Part shown: positions 1 through 10,393 of the stretch, in pieces
Numbering within the stretch: position 1 is the first letter of the stretch
How the letters are laid out: each line of letters starts with the position of its first letter
Origin: Candidatus Nitrosocosmicus sp.
GTDB lineage: Archaea; Thermoproteota; Nitrososphaeria; Nitrososphaerales; Nitrososphaeraceae
Assembly: GCA_025934495.1 (NCBI GenBank)
Contig: JAICXY010000001.1
Span: 1,320 to 65,319 of the forward strand
DNA: 64,000 nt
Direction: 5' to 3'
Made by a program: the position numbers and the translations under genes
Notes under the pieces: model-generated
Databases searched by the model: none
Seen by the model: only the letters and a program-made list of their open reading frames with translations
What the model was told of the DNA's origin: nothing

Positions 1-297
1 AATCTCGTCTATACCTATTTTCTCTTGTCTTTTCTCTTCATCGATCATATCTAATAACCCAAACCCTCCGTATTCTATTGAAAATTTTCGTTTTTTTCCA
101 TTATACGAAACAAGTTCATAATCAATCAAATAAAACAAATATTCCTTGATGGTAGTATAATACAATGGTAATATTATTTTAATTATGGATTCAAGTTCAA
201 AATTATTAATTCCATCAATACATGATAATAAAATGGGTTCTATAATTGAAGCTCGAAGCTCTGGCGATTTAATATCTTTATTATGGATTATACTCAT
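1..297 (-). CDS. Winged-helix-like small protein, runs off the window edge (3' incomplete); paralog of 39919..40230
   Basis: Manual translation from ATG at 297 is open to position 1: MSIIHNKDIKSPELRASIIEPILLSCIDGINNFELESIIKIILPLYYTTIKEYLFYLIDYELVSYNGKKRKFSIEYGGFGLLDMIDEEK. It shares SP.L.ASIIEPILL.CI.G, K.YLFYL...ELVSYNG and GG..LL with 39919..40230. Absent from the ORF track because there is no stop in the window. Confidence 0.8.
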   Translation of the reverse strand, partial: MSIIHNKDIKSPELRASIIEPILLSCIDGINNFELESIIKIILPLYYTTIKEYLFYLIDYELVSYNGKKRKFSIEYGGFGLLDMIDEEKRQEKIGIDEI

Positions 298-620
298 TTT
301 TTATCTTTCAACTCTTATTATTAGTCAAAGACGATGACATTGATATTTTTATTGGAACAGATAGCCAAACTATTTAATATACTATATTTGCTTTGTATAT
401 TGATGGAAATAACTCATAAATACAATGGAAATACGAACACCATTGTACAATACAATTTTTTATAGAATGTAACATGTGCCCGGTTGGTTAATTATGATTT
501 TAAAAAAAGAATAATTAATTTTTATCGTATTTTATAGATTTCATTTGTTGTATTTTTAACAATAGGATTATGGATGAACATTTTTAGCTCTAGTAATAAT
601 CATTTTACTTATTCATGAAA

Positions 621-645
621 TTTCGGTACCGAAAAATGTTTTGCA
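621..645 (+). repeat. Dispersed intergenic motif, copy 1 (consensus CAAAAACATTTTTCGGTACCG; here reverse complement)
   Basis: tttcggtaccgaaaaatgttttgca, containing the perfect 14-bp palindrome tttcggtaccgaaa. Confidence 0.7.
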
Positions 646-1039
646 CATTTTTATTAGTCCTCATTATGGTTTCAATTTAATCTTGTTTTTACTCTATAAT
701 AGTATATTTATCTTTAAACATTAAAAATTAAGTATTTTCAACAGAAGCAAGCATTCAATGTTATTTATATTTCTTGTATATGATATTTTCCATAGTAATC
801 TAAAATAATTACTACAACAATATTAAAATTATTATTTTTTCATTTACCTACAAGTAATTTTTATATCAAATTTTATCATGATTAATCATGCTTAAATCCA
901 ATGGTTTAAATAAAATAATTTTCCAACTTAGCAGATCATAAAATGTAATGATGCATTAATTAAAAAGTAGTTTGGATAAAATATAAACTTAAACATTTTA
1001 TATATCTCCATATTGCAATGTAGAGGATAGGTCTATATT

Positions 1040-1825
1040 TTGATAGAAGAATCAAAGCAAGTGAAACTAAATAAATTAAAATTCAAGAATTATATAAATA
1101 AATTTGTACATACTATCGATGGAGATATTTTAGGAACTCTTGAATCAGTAGAAAATGATTGTTTAATAATTAAAAAGGAAGTTATACACCCACTTTATTA
1201 TCATATTCCATCTAACAAACTTAAAGGTCTGGACAAACATGCAATATGGCTAGACATATCAGAAAGACAAGCAACGCAAGATCATTTATCTACAACAAAT
1301 GATAAAAAAATAAAAATAGAAACGACGACATTCCGCTTAAATGAAGCATTCATGAATAGTATACATATAGAAGCAGAAAATAGAATGTTAAACATGAATG
1401 CCATGATGGTTCAAATTCTCAAAAGTTTTGTAGAATGGGATAAATTTGAACCTTTTTCTGGGATGGTGCATATACCTAAACCTGTACTAAGAGAAATTTT
1501 AAAAAAAAAAAGTGATAAAGACATAATAGATATGGCTGAATCCATAGGAAAAAATGCTATTTATAATACAATTTTGTTTATGAAAGGAAAAAGGGATCTA
1601 AATGCTTTTCTTTCTTGGATAGAAACGGAAATGAGCAATCACTCTTTGAATATTCGCCATATAATCGAAGGAGATATGAATAAATATATAATTAAGCATG
1701 ATTTAGGATACAAATTTTCACTATATTATAATACAATTATAGACTCTGTTTTTAAAGACCAATTAGGAGAAAAAATAAACTTTATCATATCTGATGAACT
1801 TTTAATTTTTACTTTTAAATATTAA
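1040..1825 (+). CDS. Fusion of PRC-barrel/DUF2171-like N-terminal domain with an RHH-type DNA-binding and thaumarchaeal C-terminal domain
   Basis: The N-terminus aligns by eye with ORF 5078..5320 (ID...LG, Y.IP, G.D.H). The C-terminal ~170 aa aligns with 37908..38438 (T.R, EWD, IGK, LN.FL, H.LG.K.SL). Confidence 0.75.
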   Translation: MIEESKQVKLNKLKFKNYINKFVHTIDGDILGTLESVENDCLIIKKEVIHPLYYHIPSNKLKGLDKHAIWLDISERQATQDHLSTTNDKKIKIETTTFRLNEAFMNSIHIEAENRMLNMNAMMVQILKSFVEWDKFEPFSGMVHIPKPVLREILKKKSDKDIIDMAESIGKNAIYNTILFMKGKRDLNAFLSWIETEMSNHSLNIRHIIEGDMNKYIIKHDLGYKFSLYYNTIIDSVFKDQLGEKINFIISDELLIFTFKY

Positions 1826-2187
1826 ATATTAACCATATGATTACTTCGCGCCATTCAATCAAATACTATACCATTTAGCTTATGTATTCAAACCTTATCG
1901 AAAATTTTTTTGTTTATTTTAGAAATTCATAGTTTGTATATTTATGTTAATTGGTATATTATTGCATCCAAGGTATATATATTTTAGACAAGTGATGGGG
2001 TAATGTATCTACATTAGCATCCAAAATAGAAAAGTTCTAGTCATATTACAAAACGAATTGCACTACTAGACCTTCCAACTGATTATCCAAATCAATAGAG
2101 ACATCCTTAAAACCAAATTCCGAACAGGATCTGTTTTCTATTCGAGATACAGAGAGGTATCTAAACTGAGGTTTAATAGTTAAAAGG

Positions 2188-2324
2188 TGCTTTGTTGCAT
2201 GATTATTTTTTTTGTTATTTGCTAATGTTTTGTTTCTGTAGGTAAAACGAAAATAGTTAAATTCGATTGTATTATAATACATAAATCTTCTTTTTAACAG
2301 ATTTTCGAATCATGCAACAAAGCA
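2188..2324. mobile_element. MITE, 137 bp, IS5 (IS903-like) family ends
   Basis: Perfect 17-bp TIR tgctttgttgcatgatt (2188-2204) / aatcatgcaacaaagca (2308-2324), flanked by 9-bp direct repeats gttaaaagg / gttaaacgg (8/9). No coding capacity. Confidence 0.85.
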
Positions 2325-2598
2325 GTTAAACGGCATCTGGATATGATGAAAGCAAGGGGTTTATTAAAAGAAAAGAGAAAAATCCACATTATTGCGAAAA
2401 TTCCGATATTGTTAATTATAGAGCAATCTTCAAACATTCAACAAATTAATTGTTATATCGAAAATTCCCATGAACAAGAAAGTACAATTATAGCAGAAGA
2501 TGAGGAAGAAGAAGGAAATTTTTTAATCTAGGAATTACTCGAATCAAAAAAAAGTATTGAATAATAAAATTGATATTATAATGGATAACAAAAAAAAC

Positions 2599-2622
2599 GC
2601 AATAAACATTTTTCGGTACCGA
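2599..2622 (-). repeat. Dispersed intergenic motif, copy 2
   Basis: gcaataaacatttttcggtaccga, in the opposite orientation to copy 1. Confidence 0.7.
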
Positions 2623-3014
2623 TAGATGATAAAGAGATAAAATGAATGAATGAATGAATTATTCTCAAAATTGTTTCAAATTAAAAATGGCATTTATATA
2701 AATTATAAAATAACTTTTGGCTTTAAAAATAATATATTTGCAGATTGATATGTGGTACTGCAAAGACTTTTTTAAAATTAATTTATTTTTCTTAATTTAC
2801 AAGGCAAATATTTCATTATCCTTTTCTTCAACACCTTTTTCTAATGGGAATTTGGTAACATGTCATTTATAGATGCAATCTACCTGATTAGATAGTATAT
2901 GAAATCTGTTAGAATTGCTAAATCTAATTCAAATTCAAATAAATATCTAGGACTACAAATTTTACTGCCAAATGCAATAAAAAGAAGTAAAAGAAAAATA
3001 GATGATATTAAAGA

Positions 3015-3272
3015 ATGAATATTATTGAGACAGAATCACCATTTATAGTAGAAGCAAAAACATGCTGTTGCAAAAACAAAAAAAGAAATACTCCATATTC
3101 ATTTATAGAATCAGCGCATGGTTTATGTATTGATAGAAAGGAGATAAAACTAGCACAAATACAAGCATGCGAAAGATTGAAGTATATAAAAGATGATATA
3201 GATTTGGTTACCATAATTAAAAAAAAAGAAATTTTTGAATTAAAGTTAACGCTAGATTTAATCCTACGCTAG
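3015..3272 (+). CDS. Hypothetical protein (85 aa)
   Basis: ATG-started ORF with protein-like helical composition and a CCC cluster; no family recognised. Confidence 0.55.
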   Translation: MNIIETESPFIVEAKTCCCKNKKRNTPYSFIESAHGLCIDRKEIKLAQIQACERLKYIKDDIDLVTIIKKKEIFELKLTLDLILR

Positions 3273-3640
3273 GATAAAAAAAGATATATTCTATATGAAC
3301 ATTATTTTCTTAATTTTATCTGTTTGCATATTGATTTTATTTTTACAAGGCATTTTATCATTATATAACAGAAATAATACATCAACAACTATAAAATAAA
3401 AGAAAAAAAAGCATACATCATATATGTTTTTGTGTCAAATTGACAATATTCAAGTTTACAGCAAGTAATAGAAAACTACAACATGATGTAAGTTAATGTA
3501 CTATTTTTCTTTATTGAGAAATATTCTATAACCTATTATGCTTCATTAATTAACAGTTATGTAAATAACTTGTCTTACTTTAAATCAAGTTCTCGTTTAG
3601 ACACCATAGTGTCTTTAGCTTACTATTTTAAAATATTATA

Positions 3641-4030
3641 ATGAGGGACACCTCCATCATCAGATTACGTAGATAATGAAAGAAATAGTGTACAAGAGAT
3701 TATGCTTGATGATAAAAAATCTGTGTACAAGGTAAAGATAATTCTGCTTATACATGGTGGATAAACCATTTATGAAATAAGAGAGCGGCTAACAGTCATG
3801 ATGTCGACATCAGAAAATGACTACATTATTGATTCAATAAAAAAAGCATTGATGGAATAACATCAAAAATATACAGCATAAACCAATCAAGATAACTGAT
3901 GATGTGCTGAATAAGATCGTTGAAATAGTAACCAACAATAATCCAAAAAAAGATTATGGTGAGCTACAATTTTTAACATTGTCATTGCGCGTACTTGCTG
4001 GTTTCATTACCATGAAGAAATATGATAAAG
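3641..4030 (+). pseudogene. IS630-family transposase N-terminal (HTH) remnant
   Basis: Frameshifted pieces read KVKIILL, ANSHDVDIRK*LH..FNKKSIDGI and HKPIKITDDVLNKIVEIVTNNNP..FLTLSLRVLAGFI, typical of the IS630 HTH region. Confidence 0.65.
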
Positions 4031-5077
4031 AGATAAAGATGGATGGATCTCTGATATTGATATATATCAAAGTAACAATGATATATCCGATTGTGTGGAC
4101 ATACATCAATAAGATATTATCGATTGTTGCCGAGATCATTTTCTCCCTCTTTACCCCTTTGATGATAATACTCCCCCCTTTACCATGGATGTAATCCTTG
4201 TGGAGAACGTTATTTATATATCAATTCCTATGTCGATGATGCAGATATATCTAGTGCTTGTTTTTGCTTGCTCTTGGCCCCAAATGACTGCAATGATCAT
4301 TTGGAGTTTATTTTAAACATGAAAAATATATAAGCATATTGAATCATATTAATATATAGTATCTTATTTCAGATTGACATAATTATTGGAAAATTAATTA
4401 TAGAGAAAAAAATAGATGATAAAATCATTAAGTTAAAAGAGCCGAAATATCATACTGAATACTTCAATAATGCATTTTTCACAAACAAATAAAATAAAAA
4501 AATTTTTCCAATCGCTAAAAAAATATTTCTTAAGTTCCTAAAACCAATCTTTTTTATCTGTCATATTAGACTGCAACTTTTTTCCCTGATGCCATTAAAA
4601 GTCGAAGCCAATTTAATATTTTGTTAGAAACTTTTTGTTTGCAGTTTATATAATATTTTCAATATCTATTATATCAAGAATTTTATACTCATTAAATATG
4701 CTATTGTATACTTTTAGAATCCAAATATTGTAAAAAGTTATCAAAAAACCATCAGATATGTAATATGCATAATATTCATAGAATAGTCTCAAAGAAAATT
4801 TCTTCTTCTATGTCCAACCTGCATGTATAGTTCTTTCAAATAATAATAAATTTCTATAAATAATGATTGTGACATTATTGTATGATATTGTTAAACTACT
4901 TTGCAAAGGAAGTATAAGGAAACATACAATTATCTATTCATATAGAAATATACGTTTTTAAAATCTATAAATTTAATAATAAAAAAAATATATATTTTTT
5001 TCTTTTATATCAATCTTCAAGTTAACCGATTATAGTATAGCATACGAGGAGGACATAAAAGGTAGAAAAGAAATATG

Positions 5078-5320
5078 CTATATATCTATTTCATATTTGC
5101 TTTTTGCATCGTCTTTAGTAACCTTGAACAATAGATTGTGACCATCGTATCCTTCAACTAGGCTTTTAGGAATCTTATAGACTTTTTTATCAACAACACC
5201 AACTTTGGTAACAACAAAATCATCGCGTATCTCTTGAACCTCTCCAAGATCAGCATCATCTATCCCACGTGCTTCTTTACCTTCCATCTCAGTCCAATCA
5301 ATATTATCTACAGAACTCAT
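5078..5320 (-). CDS. Small PRC-barrel/DUF2171-like protein
   Basis: GKEARGIDDADLGEVQEI...YKIPKSLVEGYDG pattern; likely ATG at 5320. Confidence 0.75.
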   Translation of the reverse strand: MSSVDNIDWTEMEGKEARGIDDADLGEVQEIRDDFVVTKVGVVDKKVYKIPKSLVEGYDGHNLLFKVTKDDAKSKYEIDI

Positions 5321-5557
5321 TAAATCAAAAAAGGCAAACAAAGTATATTAGCATTATGACTTTAGATATAATGTTATAAAAAAATTAAAGAGACAATAAG
5401 ACATTCAAATAAAAAATATTTCACCAATTATACATATATTTACTTTATTTACGTTATCTAAAAAAGTATTGTAAAACTCCACTGTTTAATGGATATATAT
5501 CATTAAGTAATATAATATCTAATATTTTATAAAAAAGGGATAGATAGAAAGTTAAAT

Positions 5558-6463
5558 TTATTTTGCAGTAACGTTTAATTTTGGTAAAATTGGGAATATA
5601 TCACTAATCGGAGGAGTTAGTATTTTGTTGTCTTTTTGTACAATTTCTGCTTTTATACTATATGGTGAATCTTTAACTAATATTGGCCCTTGTATATGGA
5701 ATGTTCCTGTTGTACGAAAAGCTTCTTGACTTCTAAAATCTGGCCCCCAAGTAGTAAAATCTGCTGTGGATATTTTTGTAGAGTTTGATTTCATAGGTAC
5801 AAGTTCTAGATCTAATATACCATCTGAATCATCATAATTATGACTAAAGAGAGGTTTACCTTTTGCATCAAGTATTGTTATATTATATGTCACCGAAATA
5901 GACGGAGGAAGTGAAATACCAGTTGGAACAAAACGCAATGTATCTCTTGCTAGGTTGCTTGCATTAAATGGAATATATCCACCTATTAACATATTCATAT
6001 TGTTACCTTTTTCCATTCCCGAAGTTACTATAATTCGTGCATGATTAGAAGGATGTTGTTGATCAAAATAATCATATATGCCAGCTTTGTTAAATGTATG
6101 GATAAAAGATCCACCATTTACTGGAATAAACTTTGAATCAAATTTTTCGGGTGGCGAATAACTACTATTTGATAGGGTTGTTACCGTATGATATGAATGA
6201 TCATTGTTAAACCATATGACTGTCATACCTAAGGGTATATTTACTTCACCTGGCTCAAAATGGGAATTACCTTGAGAGCTGTAAGGAATTGTTATAGCAT
6301 AAGATGGTATATCCTTTAGCTGATATAAAATAGGCGGTGGAAATGTTGCAGGTTTTTGTGCGTAAGATGCTCCTATAGATAAAAGAATAGGCGAACCTAT
6401 AATAGTAAATACAAGAAGTAAAGATAAGGCGATGTTTTTATGATGAATTTTTATAGGGTTCAT
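5558..6463 (-). CDS. Secreted/membrane-anchored cupredoxin-domain protein with non-canonical metal loop plus C-terminal domain
   Basis: N-terminal hydrophobic helix; plastocyanin-like FEP.EVNIPLGMTVIWFNND...HTVT and SFIHTFNKAGIYDYFDQQHPSNHARIIV. Confidence 0.8.
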   Translation of the reverse strand: MNPIKIHHKNIALSLLLVFTIIGSPILLSIGASYAQKPATFPPPILYQLKDIPSYAITIPYSSQGNSHFEPGEVNIPLGMTVIWFNNDHSYHTVTTLSNSSYSPPEKFDSKFIPVNGGSFIHTFNKAGIYDYFDQQHPSNHARIIVTSGMEKGNNMNMLIGGYIPFNASNLARDTLRFVPTGISLPPSISVTYNITILDAKGKPLFSHNYDDSDGILDLELVPMKSNSTKISTADFTTWGPDFRSQEAFRTTGTFHIQGPILVKDSPYSIKAEIVQKDNKILTPPISDIFPILPKLNVTAK

Positions 6464-6505
6464 CGAATATCAGAGCCCTTGTAAATTTATATAGTTATCT
6501 GTACG

Positions 6506-6890
6506 TTTTTTGTTGCCCGATTCCCTCTTTCTAAGACCATTTAGCTAACATCTACCAACAAATTCTGCGAGTTGGTCTACGGTCTATAACCAATTTTTAT
6601 TTAGACATGGTGAAATACTCCTAGGCTTTGATGGCATTAACAACTGGAATTGAATTAAAAGAGATGAATAAATATAAAGTTGGAATATGAACCGTTTTAA
6701 TATCCTAACACTTTTCTCCCTTTGCTTGGCTATACCAAGATATACTTTCATTTGTCATAAAGGCAAATCAAAGGAAGAATTGTGCAAGAGGTCGTACTAA
6801 AGGAAAAGTAGTACAATCATTTCCGATTACACTACAATAAACATAGAGGAATAAACAAATTGAATATTAGAGATACATATTGATCAAATT
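6506..6890 (+). mobile_element. IS5 (IS903-like) 5' remnant with degenerate left end
   Basis: tttgttgcccgattccctctttc matches the end at 58585-58609. Decayed reading WSVYNQ.L.RHGEILLGFD.INNW..ELKEMNK, YPNTF..LLGY.KIYFHL, DYTTI. Confidence 0.75.
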
Positions 6891-7011
6891 GCGATAAAAG
6901 GATAGATTGGTATAATAATAGGTAATATCAAGTTACTGTGCATATTTTTACATTTAAATGAGAAACTCTAAAATAAAAAATACCTTGTCTACTGCTGTAA
7001 TACGTGCATTT

Positions 7012-7452
7012 TTATTTCTGTCTATGGATATTAGACAGAGAGCCTGCATTTGGTATATACTTGGCATATCCAGGATTATTCTCTATAAGTCCAGTCTTGC
7101 CTGGAACAGTAGAAGCACTAATGTTGTTACTCAAATGATTAATTCCAAGAAATAATTCATATCGTTTTATGAGAGCATAATTGGCTGCCAATCCAATGTT
7201 GTTTGCAGTATTATTAAAAGATGTACTTGCATTTGGTATATACTTGGCATATCCAGGATTATTCTCTATAAGTCCAGTCTTGCCTGGAACAGTAGAAGAA
7301 GTACTATCAGTGCCTTGATGATTAATTGAATCCGATATCAAATTACTAACTACATATAACGCCATATTCTTTCTAGATTGCCCATGAGCGTATGGAATTA
7401 TTGGTATTATGAATACCAATAATAGTAATAAAAGAACATATTTTATCGACAT
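7012..7452 (-). CDS. Secreted protein with an internal 23-aa duplication
   Basis: Signal peptide ending AHG-Q; STVPGKTGLIENNPGYAKYIPNA occurs twice. Confidence 0.6.
   Translation of the reverse strand: MSIKYVLLLLLLVFIIPIIPYAHGQSRKNMALYVVSNLISDSINHQGTDSTSSTVPGKTGLIENNPGYAKYIPNASTSFNNTANNIGLAANYALIKRYELFLGINHLSNNISASTVPGKTGLIENNPGYAKYIPNAGSLSNIHRQK
7045..7298. repeat. 71-bp exact direct repeat (7045-7115 and 7228-7298)
   Basis: tgcatttggtatatacttggc...cctggaacagtagaag is identical in both copies; the 183-bp period is in frame. Confidence 0.9.
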
Positions 7453-7970
7453 ATTTCTATTATAATCATTTAAAATTATTTAAGTTCTTGTGTAAGACAT
7501 GAATCTAGTTGTAATTATAAATTCTAGTTGTTGTCGTAACAGAATGATGCAGTATAGATATCGATACCGATGATTTTAAAAAAGGAATAAAGAAACTGCA
7601 TATTCTATTCATTTTATTCGTTTTATAATATTTTGATATCAAAATTGTAATATAATGAATCTTAATTAATATATTATAAATTATTAATTTTAAAAACAAT
7701 TTAATTACATTTATTGAGAATAGTTATATCAATATATACTACCATTAACAATATTATATTATATCGGTATTATGAAAGATAACTATTATTTTACTATTGT
7801 TATTACCGTTATTGCATTAACAATATAAAGGTTATTTATTTTTGTGTGTTTTTGGATTTATCTAAATTATATATCTTATCACAGTCACTATTACTTTATG
7901 TGTATCTATAATTTTTGCTACCAGAAATGGTATAAAAATATATAAAAAGTTCTACAATTTATATTTCTTA

Positions 7971-8651
7971 ATGAATTTTATAAAATTCAATGTTAACATA
8001 ATATCTGCTAATATGATAATGATGGTTAGCATATTTATGTTATTATCAACCGGATCCATAATCGCCAACAATATAGATAGTAACAATGGGAACATTGTTT
8101 TTGCACAAACTGCTAATACTACTAACAGCAATACTAATGCTAGTACAAGCAATAACAATGCAAACACAGCAAATCATTCAAAACAACAACAATCTCAAGC
8201 ATCGTCTCCAGCTAATTTTACCAGAGCCATGGGTTCAATATCAAGTATACAGAATAACGCAAGTGGTAAACCAACATGGATACTTTCAGGACAATGGGAT
8301 TTGGCTATACCAAAACCATTAAAAATAAATCAAACAAATCCACCAAATGCTGCTATATTTAATGCAGGATTTGAAATGATTAAAACAGATGGAACATCAA
8401 TTCATACACATACAATATCAGATTTTAAATTAAAAGGTAGCGCGATAAGTGGAAATGCTCTTGTATTAACAGGCACTGCAACAGTATCTATGAAGAATGG
8501 TCCAGTTAAAGACGTTCCCATAAGTATAACTATTTTAAACCAAGGAGCATTGAATTTATTTATAGATCCGTTAAAGACAAGCAGTCATTTTGGAAATACT
8601 CCCATCTATGGTACAATATCCTCGGTAGGAATATTCATATCATTTCCATGA
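7971..8651 (+). CDS. Secreted thaumarchaeal-type hypothetical protein
   Basis: Signal peptide (..VFAQ), Asn/Thr/Gln linker and beta-rich domain ending HFGNTPIYG. Confidence 0.75.
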   Translation: MNFIKFNVNIISANMIMMVSIFMLLSTGSIIANNIDSNNGNIVFAQTANTTNSNTNASTSNNNANTANHSKQQQSQASSPANFTRAMGSISSIQNNASGKPTWILSGQWDLAIPKPLKINQTNPPNAAIFNAGFEMIKTDGTSIHTHTISDFKLKGSAISGNALVLTGTATVSMKNGPVKDVPISITILNQGALNLFIDPLKTSSHFGNTPIYGTISSVGIFISFP

Positions 8652-8712
8652 AAATGGATAAACCTACTTTTTTTTATTAAAAGAGGAAAGCAAAAAGAGG
8701 AAGTAAAAGATA

Positions 8713-10077
8713 TTGTTTAACAGAAATAAAAGAGGACGAGAGGTTTTATTATCTACAACGATTATAATATTTTTATCATCTACTGTAATAGTGTCATATA
8801 TTGGTATATATCATATTCACAATGTACCAATAGCATCAGGTCAAAAAGCCTCATCAATACCTTCGCCATCTCAAAATCAACAACAACAGCAGCAACAACA
8901 AAAAATAGCAATGCAAAACCAATCAATCTCTGAAAACCAATCCATATTAACAACAATTTTTAAAAAGGTTCAAAACTCTGTAGTTCAGATTACAAGTCAA
9001 ATTCCAAATCCAAATGTAAATATAATTATCAATGGTAACCCAATACAAAGTAAAACCGAAAGACTTGGTTCTGGATTTGTATACAATAAGCAAGGGTATA
9101 TCGTTACTAATAGTCATGTTGTAGAAGGTGTAAAAACAGTAGACATAACATTTGTTGATGGAAATACATATACAGCAAAAATAATAGGATCTGATCATGA
9201 TAATGATATTGCGGTATTACAAATAACCGATAACTTTTCGCAAGAAAATATTGTTCCTCTATCTATTGGTAACTCTTCTAATCTCGAGGTAGGACAGCAG
9301 ATAATAGCTATTGGTAACCCATATGGACTAGCAGATACAATGACAACAGGAATAATTAGTCAAACAGATAGATTGTTATCAGATCCTAACAATCAATACT
9401 CAATACCAAATACCATACAAATAGATGCTCCTATAAATCCAGGTAATTCTGGAGGTCCGCTATTAAATATGCAAGGTCAGGTAATAGGAATGAATACTGC
9501 TATATATACTGGTAATGGTGCATTCTCAGGCGTAGGCTTTGCCATTCCATCTAATACAATATTAAAAGTAGCAACAGCATTAATCAAAACGGGTACATAT
9601 GTACATCCATGGCTTGGAATAGAAGGTAGTAGTTTAACACCTGAAATAGATCAAGCAATGGGACTACCAAAAAACTTTAAAGGTGTATTGATATCAGGAA
9701 CGATAACAGGAGGCCCAGCAGATAAAGCTGGTTTAATAAGAAGTTCAGTACAGGAGGATATAAATGGCAACCAGAAGATAATAGGAGGTGATATAATAAC
9801 TGCAATCGATGGAAAACCTATTAAAAGAATAGATGACCTTATATCATATATTGATGGACAAAAATCAGTAGGAGATAAAGTAAAGTTAACCGTATATAGA
9901 GATGGAAAAAGTATTGATTTAACAGCTATTCTTACAGCAAGACCAGCAACAACTACCAACCTCAGTTCTCAATTAAATTATCCAACAAACCAACAACAAC
10001 AAAATCCCAATGATAACAACGATAATAACTTATTACCTGATATACCGGGATTTCCAAACTTCCCTCAATTTCCATAA
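8713..10077 (+). CDS. htrA: HtrA/DegP-type trypsin-like serine protease with PDZ domain
   Basis: Catalytic triad TNSHVV, DIAVL, GNSGGPL; GPADKAGL PDZ motif; N-terminal TM helix. Confidence 0.95.
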   Translation: MFNRNKRGREVLLSTTIIIFLSSTVIVSYIGIYHIHNVPIASGQKASSIPSPSQNQQQQQQQQKIAMQNQSISENQSILTTIFKKVQNSVVQITSQIPNPNVNIIINGNPIQSKTERLGSGFVYNKQGYIVTNSHVVEGVKTVDITFVDGNTYTAKIIGSDHDNDIAVLQITDNFSQENIVPLSIGNSSNLEVGQQIIAIGNPYGLADTMTTGIISQTDRLLSDPNNQYSIPNTIQIDAPINPGNSGGPLLNMQGQVIGMNTAIYTGNGAFSGVGFAIPSNTILKVATALIKTGTYVHPWLGIEGSSLTPEIDQAMGLPKNFKGVLISGTITGGPADKAGLIRSSVQEDINGNQKIIGGDIITAIDGKPIKRIDDLISYIDGQKSVGDKVKLTVYRDGKSIDLTAILTARPATTTNLSSQLNYPTNQQQQNPNDNNDNNLLPDIPGFPNFPQFP

Positions 10078-10168
10078 TTATTAATATTTTTTTATTATAA
10101 CCATTTTATATTAGATATAAAAAGAAAAAATTTATATATAAATAAGGAAGTTATATTCTAAAAAATAG

Positions 10169-10190
10169 TTTGGTACCGAAAATTTTGTTT
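10169..10190 (+). repeat. Dispersed intergenic motif, copy 3 (degenerate)
   Basis: tttggtaccgaaaattttgttt, same orientation as copy 1. Confidence 0.55.
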
Positions 10191-10393
10191 AGTATAATTT
10201 TAGAAATAATGTTGCCAATCCGACTAATAGTTTAATACATTAGATCTTTGAATAATTAAATGCATAACAACATTTAACAGATTCTCAATTATATTTTATA
10301 ATATTTTTATGTCATTTTTCGACTTGATTAGAAATTATCATCTTTTTAGAAATATCTAATGTTGCTAATTATGAGAAATATATTAGAGAATTT

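Noticed and set aside
2046-2531. ORFs 2046..2282 and 2343..2531 as genes
   Set aside because: They span or abut the MITE and are better explained as fragments of a disrupted locus.
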